From assembly GCF_006345805.1 (NCBI RefSeq), contig NC_042999.1, positions 73,346,001 through 73,410,000 on the forward strand: a stretch of 64,000 bases of DNA. Direction: 5' to 3'. The notes under the pieces were generated by a model, which was not told where the DNA came from, did no database searches, and saw only the letters and a program-made list of their open reading frames with translations. The position numbers and the translations under genes are program-made. Of the stretch, positions 14,996-31,732 are shown one piece after another; the stretch's first letter is position 1; each line of letters opens with the position of its first letter. Source of the DNA: Octopus sinensis (lineage: Eukaryota).

Positions 14996-15705
14996 AGAAA
15001 AAAGAAATGGAGATTGGGAAGTTGAAAAATTGTTTATTATTAACACCAAATTAACCATTATCCCTTACATCTGTTTCAATTAATACTCAGTAAATATTTA
15101 GTAAATATTAAATTTATATGACCTGAGATTAGTATCTTCAGAGAAAAAAAATACACCATTGGATATTTTATATGTGTTTATGGATTTATTATAGCAGACT
15201 GATAAACACACACACACACACACACATACACAGAAGGCTGTATATCTTTGAATTATTGACACCACCAATTCGAAAAGCTCTCGCAGAACTTCCGTCTAAT
15301 CAAATTCACTCAAAAAGATTGGGAAACTCGAGGCTATAGTAAGAAATACTTGTCCAAGATGCTATAAAGTGAGATAACACCTGAGATCTCATGACTGTAA
15401 AGCGAACTTAACGCCTCGCCATGCCTGAAACTTATTTTTACTATTTACGACACCATGGCTGATTAGATACTGGCATTTTGTATCAGCAGAAGAGAAATTT
15501 GTCTAAGTATGCTGTTGGTAGTGAATACTTGCTACCGATGACGCGCAAATACGCAGAAATGACGTGATCTCGCAATTCCACTGCCGCTGCTAGACACTAT
15601 TAGTCAGATACTTTTGATCAGCTACTGATACTTCTGAGCTTTTTGCCCTTTACGTCTATATGAGATGCTTTCTTAAGACGAATGTGACAGCAACGTGGCT
15701 TTCTG

Positions 15706-15748
<43 letters not shown>

Positions 15749-16449
15749 TAACACAATATCCGACGTTACCCTAGCTGAAAAGTAGCTATCACTGAAAGCA
15801 TATTTCAGTTTAATGCAACACTGTTAAAAATCTCTTGAAAAGTTATCTGTCTTATAAGAAACAAAATTGTTTTCCAAGTTGCAATTGTTCAGTGTTTAAT
15901 GCACTCAGTCGCAGACAAGCACTCAGTATCAATTGGATATTTCGTAATTTAATTATGTAAATAGCATATCTAATTCTTACACTTTTAGATAAATCTGAAA
16001 ACAGTTTTATTTCATTTGAAGCTATTATCAAAAATTAGTATATTGCCTTTTATTCTTGAAATTCTTAAATTATTAAAATAATTCGAAAAAATATGCAGAA
16101 ACACAATTGAGAGGTAAACTACCTAGAGAGAAAAAACTATTCTTTTAACGTGTGGAAACCAGAGTACCGAAAAAAAAACCGCACTTCTAAATATTTAAGC
16201 AGCAATTCATACTGTGATAAAGTAAAACTAATTTGATTCGATGAGCCATGGTAGTAAATCCGTGCACATCATAGCTCTGGAGATTCTGAATATTGTCATG
16301 CCATCATCTCATGATATGCAGTGTTTTTGGTTTTACCATCAAGGAGATTATGGAAGATTCCAACTCTTGAGTTTCTTAGGTAATATTGGCTATTAGCCAG
16401 TCCAACAATTGACACTTAAATTAAGTTTGATATAACAAAATTTGTATGT

Positions 16450-18600
16450 TCTAGTAACACTCAAGTTTTGCCATTTCTGCTAAATCTAAAGAGTGAAGTG
16501 GAATTCTTGGTATAATTGTATTCCCACTTTTGGTGCACCCACTAAAAATATTAGTCTCAGTAACATGTATTAGCTTCTGATCCATTTGTCATGTATCATA
16601 CTACAGCAACATTGATCTAGATTATACAGCAGCATTACAGGAAATATCTTTTTTTTAACTGAAGCCTATATGAAGAGAGACCTGAAAGCTCCAAGGAATC
16701 TTAATGCTGCAGGAGAGTGAGTTATTTCGTTCTGATTTACAGCAGTGTCTATTGGTTTGTATGTTTGACTATTTCCTGGATATTCCTGCATCAGCTGCCA
16801 GTTGAAGCCGTTAACCGCTGTTTTACATTCGTACAGCCATTTATGTATTAGCACACCTTCGATATCAATTTGTCTGCAATCTGGGTCCATGGTATTGTAA
16901 CTCCCAGAAAAAAAGCCTCTCTTCCCAACTTGTAACAACTTTTTGACAAAAATAATTAGACAGATGATCTCATCTTTGTAGTCATTCAAAATTCATTTTC
17001 ATTGACTTAAAACTATGAAGTATGGAGTTCATTGTTTTTTTGTTCCTTCCGGGATCATTGGTGGAGCTGACAGAATTCGCTTAACAACAGCACTACTACT
17101 CCTCCTATTTGAGGTCTATCGTCACGCATGTCCCTCAATGACCTCCTCAAGGACTCCAGAGCTCTTTTGCATGTTTAATCAGGTATGTCTTTCTAGTTCC
17201 ACGACGATCATAAACGAAGCAAATTTCAGCTTCTTATTACCAACCCCTGTAAAAAAAAAAACAGCAGAATAGACTTCCTTCTCATCTGCAATCAGTTTGT
17301 CTTCATTATATAATGCTTCGTTCAAAATTTATGTATGTAATTTGATTGGGGGAGCCTGTTTTTTTTAAGTTCTTGGATATTTATACTATTGAGTATTCCG
17401 ATGATAGCGGCATTGTAAATTTCCTCAGTATACTCTATTTTCATGTCGGGCAACAACTTGCTAAGCTTAATGTTGAAGATCTTCGATAATTTCATCATGA
17501 TGTTTGTGCCAAAACTGAAGAGGATTGGGTGGTTCACAGCATTTTAACCAATTCTTGGTTGTTTGAGATAGAGAAGCTTCTGACTATAATGCATCCCACC
17601 GGCCATCATTTTTCATCAATCCAAATGTAGAACATGTCTCTGTAGGTGGCCAAACTACTGCATTGATTTTTCGAAGATGCTGAAATTAATTTGAACCTTG
17701 CACTCTTTGGAGAAATCTTAGGAAAACGTTTTTCCGTTGATAGTCATGTACTGTATACTGTTTTTCACTAACATCGACAAAACCCATGTCACGTTGATCT
17801 TCGTTACTTTCTTCATTTCCATTGCTTATTTTTCATATATTGTAGGACAGAACTTAATGGTACATCAGTTTTTGTACTTCAAGGAAAAACTTTATGCGTT
17901 ATACCCCTTGGACTCTGCACTTGCTGTGCCACAATTTGCTTGAGTGAAATAAACCTGCTGAGCATTTTCCGGATGGACAGAAAACTGTTGAAAACGGGGA
18001 TGTCTTCATCAACAGGTAAAAGGAAGTTTCATTGCTGCTTATACAATGTCTTTGCTAGAATTGGTGACTTAATCGTCATTGTTTTACTGCATCGCAACAA
18101 ACATTGCAGCATCAAATCTCTTAGAAACAAGTGTACAGCTATATCCGATGCAACTAATTGAACTGCAGCACTACAAATTGATGTATGCAATGTTTGGTTA
18201 GCAGTACACAATCAAGAATTATTGATAACTTTATGATGTTTAATAAAGTTTTGAAAGCCTCCTTTCTCTGGTACTTTTTTTCTGCAACGATAGCCATCTC
18301 AAACTGTTTGGGTTTCCTTGAGAAATGGTCATGTAAGAGTTCTACTTCCTACTCAAATCGAACTCCTGCTGAAGACAATACAAGAAACGTGAGCCATCCG
18401 AATTTAAGGAATACTGAGCAATTCGCAAGAAACTGGATGCTGTGTAGACGGAACGAATCTGATTAGAGAGAATTTGACTTATTAACAAGATCAACGTGTG
18501 TGAATGTGGCAAGCCCTTTTTTCCTATGGCTTTAATGATGGAAACATCATTCCCAGCAAAATGCTAATAAAGAGGAGAATATATTTGATTGTAAGCGCAA
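16450..18600 (-). mobile_element. Degenerate Helitron RepHel fossil
   Basis: Minus-strand fragments in Helitron order: RHPRFQQFSVHPENAQQVYFT (cf. RHPTVVHLAVHLENGQRVYF); a decayed Walker A (YDRRGTRKTYLI); QEYPGNSQTYKPIDTAVNQNE; and ETNIFSGCTKSGNTIIPRIPL (PIF1 helicase C-terminus). Boundaries approximate. Confidence 0.75.
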
Positions 18601-19355
18601 TTCGAACTCGTTATATCTAAGGAACTTGTCATCACTGAACTGGTTTATTACCCTCTGTTATTTTCTTTTAAAGCAGTATTTTCTATTAAAATACTGTTTT
18701 TCTATTAAAATACCTGTTTCAGTTTTCAAAAATGTTGCTTTCGTATTAATTTATGAACTTTCATTATCTGAGCAGTAAAATAAATTTATTTCTCATGAGT
18801 TTAAACGTAAAAATAAATTATCAAGCATTTATTACGGTCATCAATACTATGACTGTACTACATGGATGTTTTGGGCATGATTTTAAACTGTATACAGTGC
18901 TGGGGCCCTAATTCAGGAGTTCCAGGGTTTTGAGTAGTGTGGAACCACCTCTTAGCCACTATTATTCCCAGGTCTATTCTGACCCGGATTAGTAACACAT
19001 GTGAGGATCCCAGCTATGCGTTAACTAGCTTATAGACAGAATTCACAGAATTCACCTGTGAATATGAGAATAAACAACCCCGGACTAAATCACGAGTGGC
19101 TCCTTGCCATGTCCTAAGCACGCAGTAACCACCTAGCCAGGTTTACATTGAAATCATGGGATGCAGCTGGATGGATGCTATCTATTTCGGCAAATGAACT
19201 TTTTGAATCAATGGCGATTATCACTAGATACTGAGCGGATGAACAGCCAACAGGACATGCTACTGCTATCGTCTGTAGTCTAGGCGTGCACAGATGAGAT
19301 TTTTCAGTTTGAGAAAGACCAATATAACTTACTCGTCCAGGCAAGTCGCCCGACT

Positions 19356-19356
<1 letters not shown>

Positions 19357-19391
<35 letters not shown>

Positions 19392-19401
19392 CGACGACGA
19401 C

Positions 19402-19436
<35 letters not shown>

Positions 19437-19620
19437 CGACGACGATGATGATGATGATGATGATGATGACGACGACGACGACGACGACGACGACGATGAT
19501 GATGTTGATGATGATGATGATAATGATGGTGGTGGTGGTGGTGGTGGTGGTGGTGGTGGTGGTGGTGGTAACGATGACGATGATGATGATGAGGTGGAGG
19601 ATGACGACGATAATGACGAT
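19357..19620. repeat. Compound trinucleotide repeat (GAT/GAC)n-(GGT)n
   Basis: Direct reading. Confidence 0.95.
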
Positions 19621-20553
19621 GTACTACATCAAGCGAATCTACTGAACCTGGTTTTTACGAGTTATTTATTCATTGGTGTACCATTGTCAGTTTTATTAAT
19701 TATAGAAAACGCTGTATCCTTTCAAGACGATGTATGAAATCACTAGTACAGTTTTTTTTTGTGCATTTAATAGTAAAATATTACAACTAATTTGGAAACG
19801 TGATAATACATGGCGCCACCAAAATCATGTTTCACTACGATATATAAGCATATATACAATTGCACCATCTTGTTTTACTTGTAACATATTTTTTTGCTGG
19901 TTTACTGAACTGTTCAATCGCGGATATAAAAATTTCCTAAAAAGTGATATTTTACCTAAGTATTGCGATGTTATTTATAAAACATTAAATGTGTATATAT
20001 AATAAACTTTATTATTGAAGTTATTTTATCACAATATTCATGGTATCGTTTTCCATCGTTATTTATTAGTTTACTACAATTGCTCTTATTTTTCGTACTG
20101 CTAAACGAATTAATGTTAATACCTCTTACTCCATCACACTTTCGTTTCACTTCTTTCACTCTTTATTTCTTTATTTCCCTGTTTGTTACTACGAGCTTGG
20201 TGGGAAAACAACTTCATCCTTTAGCTAAGTTTCAATTTACTTCTATTATCACTCATTTTTTCTTCTATTTCTCTATAGACTAACTCCTACGTCCATACTA
20301 TTTCTTTTGTATGATAGCAAACAAACGCACATTGCTAATTATCATATGTCCATCGTTTCAATAATTCAGTACAACAGTGAATCATCGGAGTAGTTGCTTG
20401 ATTATATCCAGTCCAGTGTTTCCTTTTTCTGTTTTAAATTCAGTGATGATGAAGATTAAGAAAACAAACTACTGTTTTCCGTCTTCTATATTATATTAAT
20501 ATAAAGGGATTCAATCGAATGTCCTCCTACCTCTAGCTATAATATATACATAC

Positions 20554-20630
<77 letters not shown>

Positions 20631-20952
20631 GCAGTGCGAACACGCTATCTTTAAGTTAGCATGTTCTTACGTTGGTTTAATATCTTTGTATCATATATTC
20701 TATAGTGTATATGCATAAGTATGCATATGGCATGCATGTAAGAAGAATGTTGGCAAGATGTACAATATGAATGAAGCTCGGACAGCAATAATGGAAAATG
20801 CAACGTAGAGCTATAAGATGAAATTCAAATATGTTAAACGAACGTGCATTTTTAAACCAGAGAAAAATTATTCCCTAATTACTTATTTCTTTATTAAAAA
20901 TATTTTTTTATTCCTTTATTATTCCCTAATTACTGCCAATAAATCTTATAAT

Positions 20953-20999
<47 letters not shown>

Positions 21000-21429
21000 A
21001 TATACTCTACGTTGCATTTTTAATGCTGTTGGTTACTAAACACACCAGCATTGTAAATCCTATTTATGGTTATGTGTAGTGAGAAACTGCGTTCATCTCA
21101 TTCACATTATTGTCACTCTTTTGATGCAAACCGAACGAAAGAAGTATATTCTTGGTTTATATATAACTTGCAGTTATATATATTGCCACATTTAAAGTTG
21201 TTACATGACAAAATGAAAGTGAAGCGAAACAAACTACAGACACACATTACATTGGTTTCATACTAAGAGAAGACCCTCGACAATTATCAAACTTATCACA
21301 TGGAAAAACGGTGTTCGTCTCCATTTTGAATGAGAATGTTTTAATCCAAAATGGATACAAACACCATGTGACAGGGTTGATAATTGCTGAGGGACTTCCC
21401 ATAACATGAAATCAATGGTAGCCTAAGTC

Positions 21430-21465
<36 letters not shown>

Positions 21466-21509
21466 AATGAAAGTATGTATGTATATATATATATTTATAT
21501 GTCTCTTTT

Positions 21510-21751
21510 ATCTTTTATCTTTTTTACTTGTTTCAGTCATTTGACTGCGGCCATGCTGGAACACCGCCTTTAGTTGAGCAAATCGACCCCAGGACTTATT
21601 CTTTGTAAGCCCAGTACTTATTCTATCGGTTTCTTTTTTGCTGAACCGCAAAGTGACGGGGACGTAAACACACCAGCATCGGTTGTCAAGAAATGCTAGG
21701 GGGACAAACACACACACACATACACACACACACATACACACACACACACAT

Positions 21752-21808
<57 letters not shown>

Positions 21809-21975
21809 TACAACAGGCTTCTTTCAGTTTCCGTCTACCAAATCCACTCACAAGGCATTGGTCGGCCCGGGGCTATAGCAGAAGACACTTGCCCAAGATG
21901 CCACGCAGTGGGACTGAACCCGGAACCATGTGGTTGGTTAGCAAGCTACTTACCACACAGCCACTCCTGCGCCTA
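21510..21975 (-). mobile_element. Bipartite SINE with internal (CA)n(TA)n; relatives at about 25385-25715, 35110-35450 and 36455-36760
   Basis: Recurrent blocks ttgtttcagtcatttgactgcggccatgctgg and tctaccaaatccactcacaaggc...gaagacacttgcccaag, seen in both orientations in the window. Confidence 0.75.
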
Positions 21976-21996
21976 TGTATATATGTATATATGCTC

Positions 21997-23760
<1,764 letters not shown>

Positions 23761-23789
23761 TCCACATCTCCTTTTTTAAATATATATAT

Positions 23790-24480
23790 ATTCTAAATCT
23801 TTTATCTTGGTTTCTCTATCTAGGGTGATGTAGGATGTGTTTGGTAGTTTTCCCTAGGTAAATGTGTTCTTGGCGTATTTGTCAAGCCCAAATCTCATTT
23901 TGATATCATCACTAAATTGTTTGACTGTGTGAAAGGAATGCTTGCAGTTGTCCTTTCTCAAACAGTTTTAAGTCATCCATATAGAGATGATAGATGGCTT
24001 TTCCATACACCTTGTATCTATAATTTGTTTCATTCAGGGTTTTGTTTGAGAAGAAACGGTGCTAAACAGATTAACAAAGGAGATAGCGAGTCTCCTTGAA
24101 AGACTCCACAATTGATATTGACTTTTACTGAGTTTATTGTAGCAGTGTTATTGATAATTATAGTCGTTTTCCAGTGTTTCATGACATGAGGTACAAAATT
24201 CCTGGTTACTGGTGAAATTTTGAATATCTCCAGGCATTCCTCTATCCAGCTGAGAGGGAGACAATCAAAAGCATTCTTGTAGTCTATCTAGGCCACTGAG
24301 ACATATTTTCTCTTCTTGTAACAATCATCAGTAATCATTTTGCTAATCAGAAGTTGATCCTTGCTTCCATATGATACATGTTCATATATTTTTTGTTCAG
24401 AAGGAAGATGTAATTAATGACGAAAGCATATGTGCGTTCCATTAGGTCAAGTGTAAGAATTTTGTACATTGTTGTAAGGC
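23790..24480 (-). mobile_element. Degenerate R4/Dong-like reverse transcriptase fragment
   Basis: The minus strand reads GSKDQLLISKMI, IDYKNAFDCL, CGVFQGDSLSPLL and HLLYMDDLKL, collinear with the element at 58301. Confidence 0.85.
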
Positions 24481-25774
24481 ATGTTATATTATGTAAGGCA
24501 TGTTATATTATGTAAGGCATCAGAGGAGGGTACTAAAGAGCAAAAGGATCAGCTCCCTTACTTCAGAATCGGTCAGAGGTTAAGGCTGGAAATATCAGCC
24601 CATTGTCTTGCAGCAACAGCAGAGACAAACATTAGAGGTAATGAAAATAGTTGGAAAATTTTTTTAAAAAGTGAAAAAAGTGTATGAACCCAGACTAAAG
24701 ACAAGTAAGAAGCCGGAAGCCACTCACAAAAAGATACCGATTCCCTTGGACTTCCTGAGTTTCCTGGTTCTCCAAACCATCAAGTATAATCTGAATTTGA
24801 TTAGGTATCATAGAAATACTGTGCTGACATGGAGACGAATCGACAGAACTCTAATTATCTCTTAACAGCAAGAGTTCTGCGGCCAAAAAGATATGGGTGT
24901 TTTCTTATTTTAAAGATGCTCACACACACATTTGGTAGAATCAAGCCAGAGTGCCCGGAGAAGAAGGTGGTCCGAATCGTAGGGTGCCCCGAACCTACCA
25001 TATGAGACGATTTCTGACATTTATAGAGATGGGTTGTTCTTATTTACATTTATTTTGCGCACCAAATGTTTAGACAGTCCAAGTATATCGGTTTGTGGCC
25101 CATAAGTAAGATATTTCATTTCACATTGCTCCAGTCTCCTCAAATGAAAATAAATACTAGCCCAGTAGTGGTGCAGCCCACATTCTCTCCAGTTCTCACA
25201 TTTTTGATGTTGCCTAGAATTAAGGGTGCAACGGCTATGAGTGTATTTATTTCTGTTTGAAACTGCGTAGGCCCCTACGAAAAAATTAGCAAAACCATGG
25301 TGCATGCGACCAAGTCATACGTTTTTATCACTGACGACAACGGTTTTTACGTATTCCCTTCTTCTGTTTAGTATCTGTAGATATGTGGCTCCGGTTCAGT
25401 CCCACTGAGCGGCAACTTTGGCAAGTGTCTTCCACTATAGCCTTGGGCCGACCAAAGCCTTGTGAGTGGATTTGGTAGACGGAAACTATATATACATATG
25501 TCTGTGTGTGTATGTGTTTGTGTCTGTTTTTGTCTCCCACCCACGCTTGACAACCCGCGTTGGTGTGTTTATGTCCCCTTATCTCAGTGGTTTGGCAAAA
25601 GAAATCGATAAAATAAGTACCAGGCTTAAAATATGTACTGGGGTCGATTCATTCGACTAGAATTTTTCAAAGCGGTGCCCCAGTCTAATGACTGAAACAA
25701 GAGATAAAAGATGAAAGATACATACATATATATATACATACACATACACTCACACATATATATACATACACACA

Positions 25775-25820
<46 letters not shown>

Positions 25821-25824
25821 CATG

Positions 25825-25912
<88 letters not shown>

Positions 25913-25914
25913 AC

Positions 25915-25966
<52 letters not shown>

Positions 25967-26009
25967 TGTATACATACATACAATTAATACTTAAACATTT
26001 TCTCGCACC

Positions 26010-26057
26010 GTCTCTGATGAAGGGATATATAAAATATCCCGGAAACAGCTGTAAGAC
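26010..26057 (+). ncRNA. Minimal type I hammerhead ribozyme motif (Penelope-associated type)
   Basis: gtct-CTGATGA-a-GGGATAT-ataaa-ATATCCC-g-GAAA-CAGCTG-TA-agac: stem I gtct/agac, intact core, 7-bp stem II, palindromic stem III and a GUA cleavage triplet. Confidence 0.8.
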
Positions 26058-26215
26058 CTTTTCTTGATAAATGTTATGAAAACTATTCACTGCCTTGGTT
26101 TTTTTATCTCATTCTGTCAATTTATGTATATATACATACACACACACACATTTAAATATACATACATATACATAGATACATACGCGCGCGCACACACAAA
26201 TACACACACACACAA

Positions 26216-26263
<48 letters not shown>

Positions 26264-26589
26264 GCATATTCTCCTTTAACAAGAATAGTATTGACAGTTA
26301 CTTTCAAGATTCGAACAATCCGATGATGGCTTAACTGGCGGAAATCACTGTCAATTCTATTCTTGTAAAAGAATAATAAATTTGTCCTAGGTCAAAACAA
26401 AGACAAAAGAAAGAAGGAACACCTAAAAAAATTATCCCAGACTGAAGACAAGTAGAATGCAGGAAGTTCTTCCCAGGGAGGAACCTCTCTACTTCGTCTC
26501 CAATTTTCCGTTTACACACACTTTACGATACTTTCCATTGTATGTAAATGGCCTAATGACCAAAACAGAACAGATTATTGTTGCTGTTA

Positions 26590-28370
<1,781 letters not shown>

Positions 28371-28458
28371 CATCACTATTACTACTACTGCTGCTACTAC
28401 TGCTGCAGCAACTATTATTATACATGAATATATATATATGTATATATTTATGTATTTA

Positions 28459-28501
<43 letters not shown>

Positions 28502-29433
28502 ATGTATGTATAAATGTATTTTTGTATGGAAATGTCTGTGGACAATGGATGCATGTGTTTATTTACAAGCATACACATTCATACATACATACATACATAC
28601 ATACATACATACATACATACATACATACATACATACATAAATACATACATACACACGCATATGTGTATAGTTGTATCTGTGTGTGTGTGTGTGCGTGTGC
28701 GTGTAGGAAGATTACGTGCGTGTGTGTATGCACGTGCGTGTGTATGTGTGTATGTGTTCAAGTGTTCATGAGTTTGCATGCGTGTTTGCACGCTGTGTGT
28801 GGCTGTTATGTGAATCTGTGAACTTGTAACTTTACATTGATTTGATTGTGAGCAATAATCATCCTCAATGACAATCACGCCAATTTGTGCACTAAACTAA
28901 AAGATATTTTGTTATTATTTATTCATTTTGATTTCTCACTCCCGCCTAACCTTACTGTCCATTCATTCTGTAATAACAGATGCACAACAAGCATGCCGTG
29001 GGGGCGTGGCCTAACGCCCTTCTTTAAAGAACAACAACTCGGCAAACATTTTAATTGGACTATCACCAAACCGACCACTTAAAGACATGATAGCCATCGA
29101 TATTTCATATTCCAGTCCAGCATTCCTCTTCCTCCTCCTCCTCCTCCTCCTCTTCCTCCTCTTCTTCCTCCTTCCCACCTGTCATTCCTGTCACCACCAC
29201 TTCCTCACTGTTTCATCTCTTTCACTCTTCACCAACGCAAAAAGCTAGAAACGAAGTATGAACAATATAACGACGTCCGTGCAGAGTAGCGACGACAAAA
29301 TATGTATGTGCATATGTATATATGTGTATATATTTATGCATGCATATGTACATATGTGGGTGGTGGGTGTATATATATATATAAAGTGTAAATACACATA
29401 CGCATACATACACGTGTAGGAGTGTCTGTGTGT

Positions 29434-29478
<45 letters not shown>

Positions 29479-29838
29479 TAGATAGATAGATAGATAGATA
29501 TAGATAGATATATATATATATATAATATATATATATATATATAGATATATATATATATAATTATATACATACATATACATATACACATTCACACACACAC
29601 ACACACACAAACAAACAAACATATACATTTCTATATATACTGAAACCAGTAAAACAATAAAAAGAATATAGATAGATTGATAGACAGATAGATAGATAGA
29701 TAGATAGATAGATACATAGACATACGTATGTACATATATATATGTGTGTGTGTGTGTGTGTGTAGATGCATATATATATATATATGTATGCATGTGTGTA
29801 TGTAGATATTTACATATATACAAATAAGTATGTGTGTG

Positions 29839-29950
<112 letters not shown>

Positions 29951-29975
29951 ATATATATATATTATATAATATATA

Positions 29976-30006
<31 letters not shown>

Positions 30007-30472
30007 CATACATACACACACGCACATGTGGGGAGAGAGATAGGGGAGGGAGAAAAAACTGCTTATCTAACTCTAACTCTCTCCCGAAATACGCCAACAC
30101 AAATTCGAACACTCACATACATATGCATATGTACACACACACACATACAGAGGCACGCACACATTCACACACACATACATACACACTGTGGGACTGACGC
30201 ACGCAAAGTATGAAAGGCGTGGTCGGATACATGCAAGTGTACGTGTCCATCTGTGCATGTGTGCATGTGAGTGTAGAGATGTCTATGTGCATGCGCATGC
30301 ATTTAACTGAGTGTGTGCGCGTATGTGTGTGTGCGTATGTGTGTCTGTGTAAGCGCACGTGTGTGAACTTGTACAATGTGGGAATGCGTGTGATAAAAGA
30401 AGGCGTGATAAGGAATGTGATAATCAAGCTGGTATCAAACTACGGTGAAGCATTGTTATTCAGTTTGAGAAG

Positions 30473-30507
30473 TATATATAAAAAGAAATCGCTCATCGCC
30501 ATTCAGT
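30473..30507 (+). promoter_or_regulatory. Putative core promoter: TATA box and initiator
   Basis: TATATATAAAAA at 30473-30484 lies about 30 nt upstream of TCAGT (30503-30507; A30505 would be +1). That +1 is 77 nt before ATG|GTAAGT. Confidence 0.65.
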
Positions 30508-30581
30508 AGTCACATACCAAAGCTTCTTCCCCGGATTCTCTAGGACGTCTCAGATTTTTTTTCACAGAATAACTAAGAAGA

Positions 30582-30584
30582 ATG
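30582..30584 (+). CDS. Prohormone coding exon 1 (initiator ATG only)
   Basis: agaATG|GTAAGT is a perfect donor directly after an ATG with A at -3. Phase 0 matches the exon 2 acceptor, whose signal-peptide frame has no Met of its own. Confidence 0.65.
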
Positions 30585-31010
30585 GTAAGTAAACTAATGG
30601 CGACCTCTGAGTGTCTCTTTTACTTTTACTTTCGCTATCTTCTTTCATTATCTATTTCTCTCTCTCTCTCTCTCTCTCTCTCCATCTCACTCCGTCTCTC
30701 TCTTACTCTTTCTCTCTCTCCCCTTCTCTCTCACACACACACGCTATATGCATACATACATACATGCAGACAGACTGACTGACAGACAAGCAGACAGACA
30801 TATACAAATACACACGCATAATATGAAAACATTTGCTTTGCTTCTTGTATATTCGAATGGATGTAAATATATTTATATGGGAGTGTTTATATGTACTTTT
30901 GGTATATAGTTTGGCACGTGTACAATATACAAGCACGCACACACACAAACATATATACTTACACACATAAACACATGCATACACACATATGTATACATAC
31001 GTATGCATAC

Positions 31011-31043
<33 letters not shown>

Positions 31044-31082
31044 GACAGTGTAAGTGTGCTTTATTAGTTTGGTGCTTTACTA

Positions 31083-31155
<73 letters not shown>

Positions 31156-31325
31156 ATTAAGTAACGAGATGGATTTCGTATTAAACTTTATTCTGTACAA
31201 CGTTCGTTTCGACCCAAAATATACCACGACTGCGAATGACAACAGGTAGCCTAAACTCTGCCACTTAAGCACACTAATCGACTTATATCTATTAGTCCAA
31301 AATATTATTATTTTTATTATCATCA

Positions 31326-31383
<58 letters not shown>

Positions 31384-31732
31384 GAATATATATACACACA
31401 CAAATGCTTACACAAATGCAACATCAACAAAAAAATTAAGAAACATAACAAACACACACACACACGGATAACTACAGGTAGATTATGATATTCAACAACT
31501 GTGAATAACAGTTTAGTTACATCTAAAAGATTAGAAAATTAAAAACTATTTGATCCCAGTTCTTCAATATCAGTAAACAAACAGAATAGTAAAGGTATAC
31601 AAAATTGTTGCATTTGATCCTAATTAGTTCCGACAAACGATCAAAGTAGCCGTTATTCATCATTTAAATTAACTGTTTGATGAATAAAACAAAATGGCAA
31701 ACATTTAGTTTTTATTATTGTTAATTCGCTGA

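Noticed and set aside
19294-19737. 147-aa poly-Asp/poly-Gly ORF resembling an acidic biomineralisation protein
   Set aside because: It is a pure (GAT/GAC/GGT) microsatellite, open because the repeat lacks stops in that frame. There is no signal peptide or convincing exon context.
20795-21020. 16-bp inverted match aaaatgcaacgtagag / ctctacgttgcatttt
   Set aside because: Too short and isolated to assign; probably residue of a retroelement inversion.
24472-24519. Short tandem repeats (19-bp unit here, 28-bp unit near 22413-22468, 15-bp unit near 38433-38477)
   Set aside because: Ordinary local slippage duplications inside or beside decayed elements.
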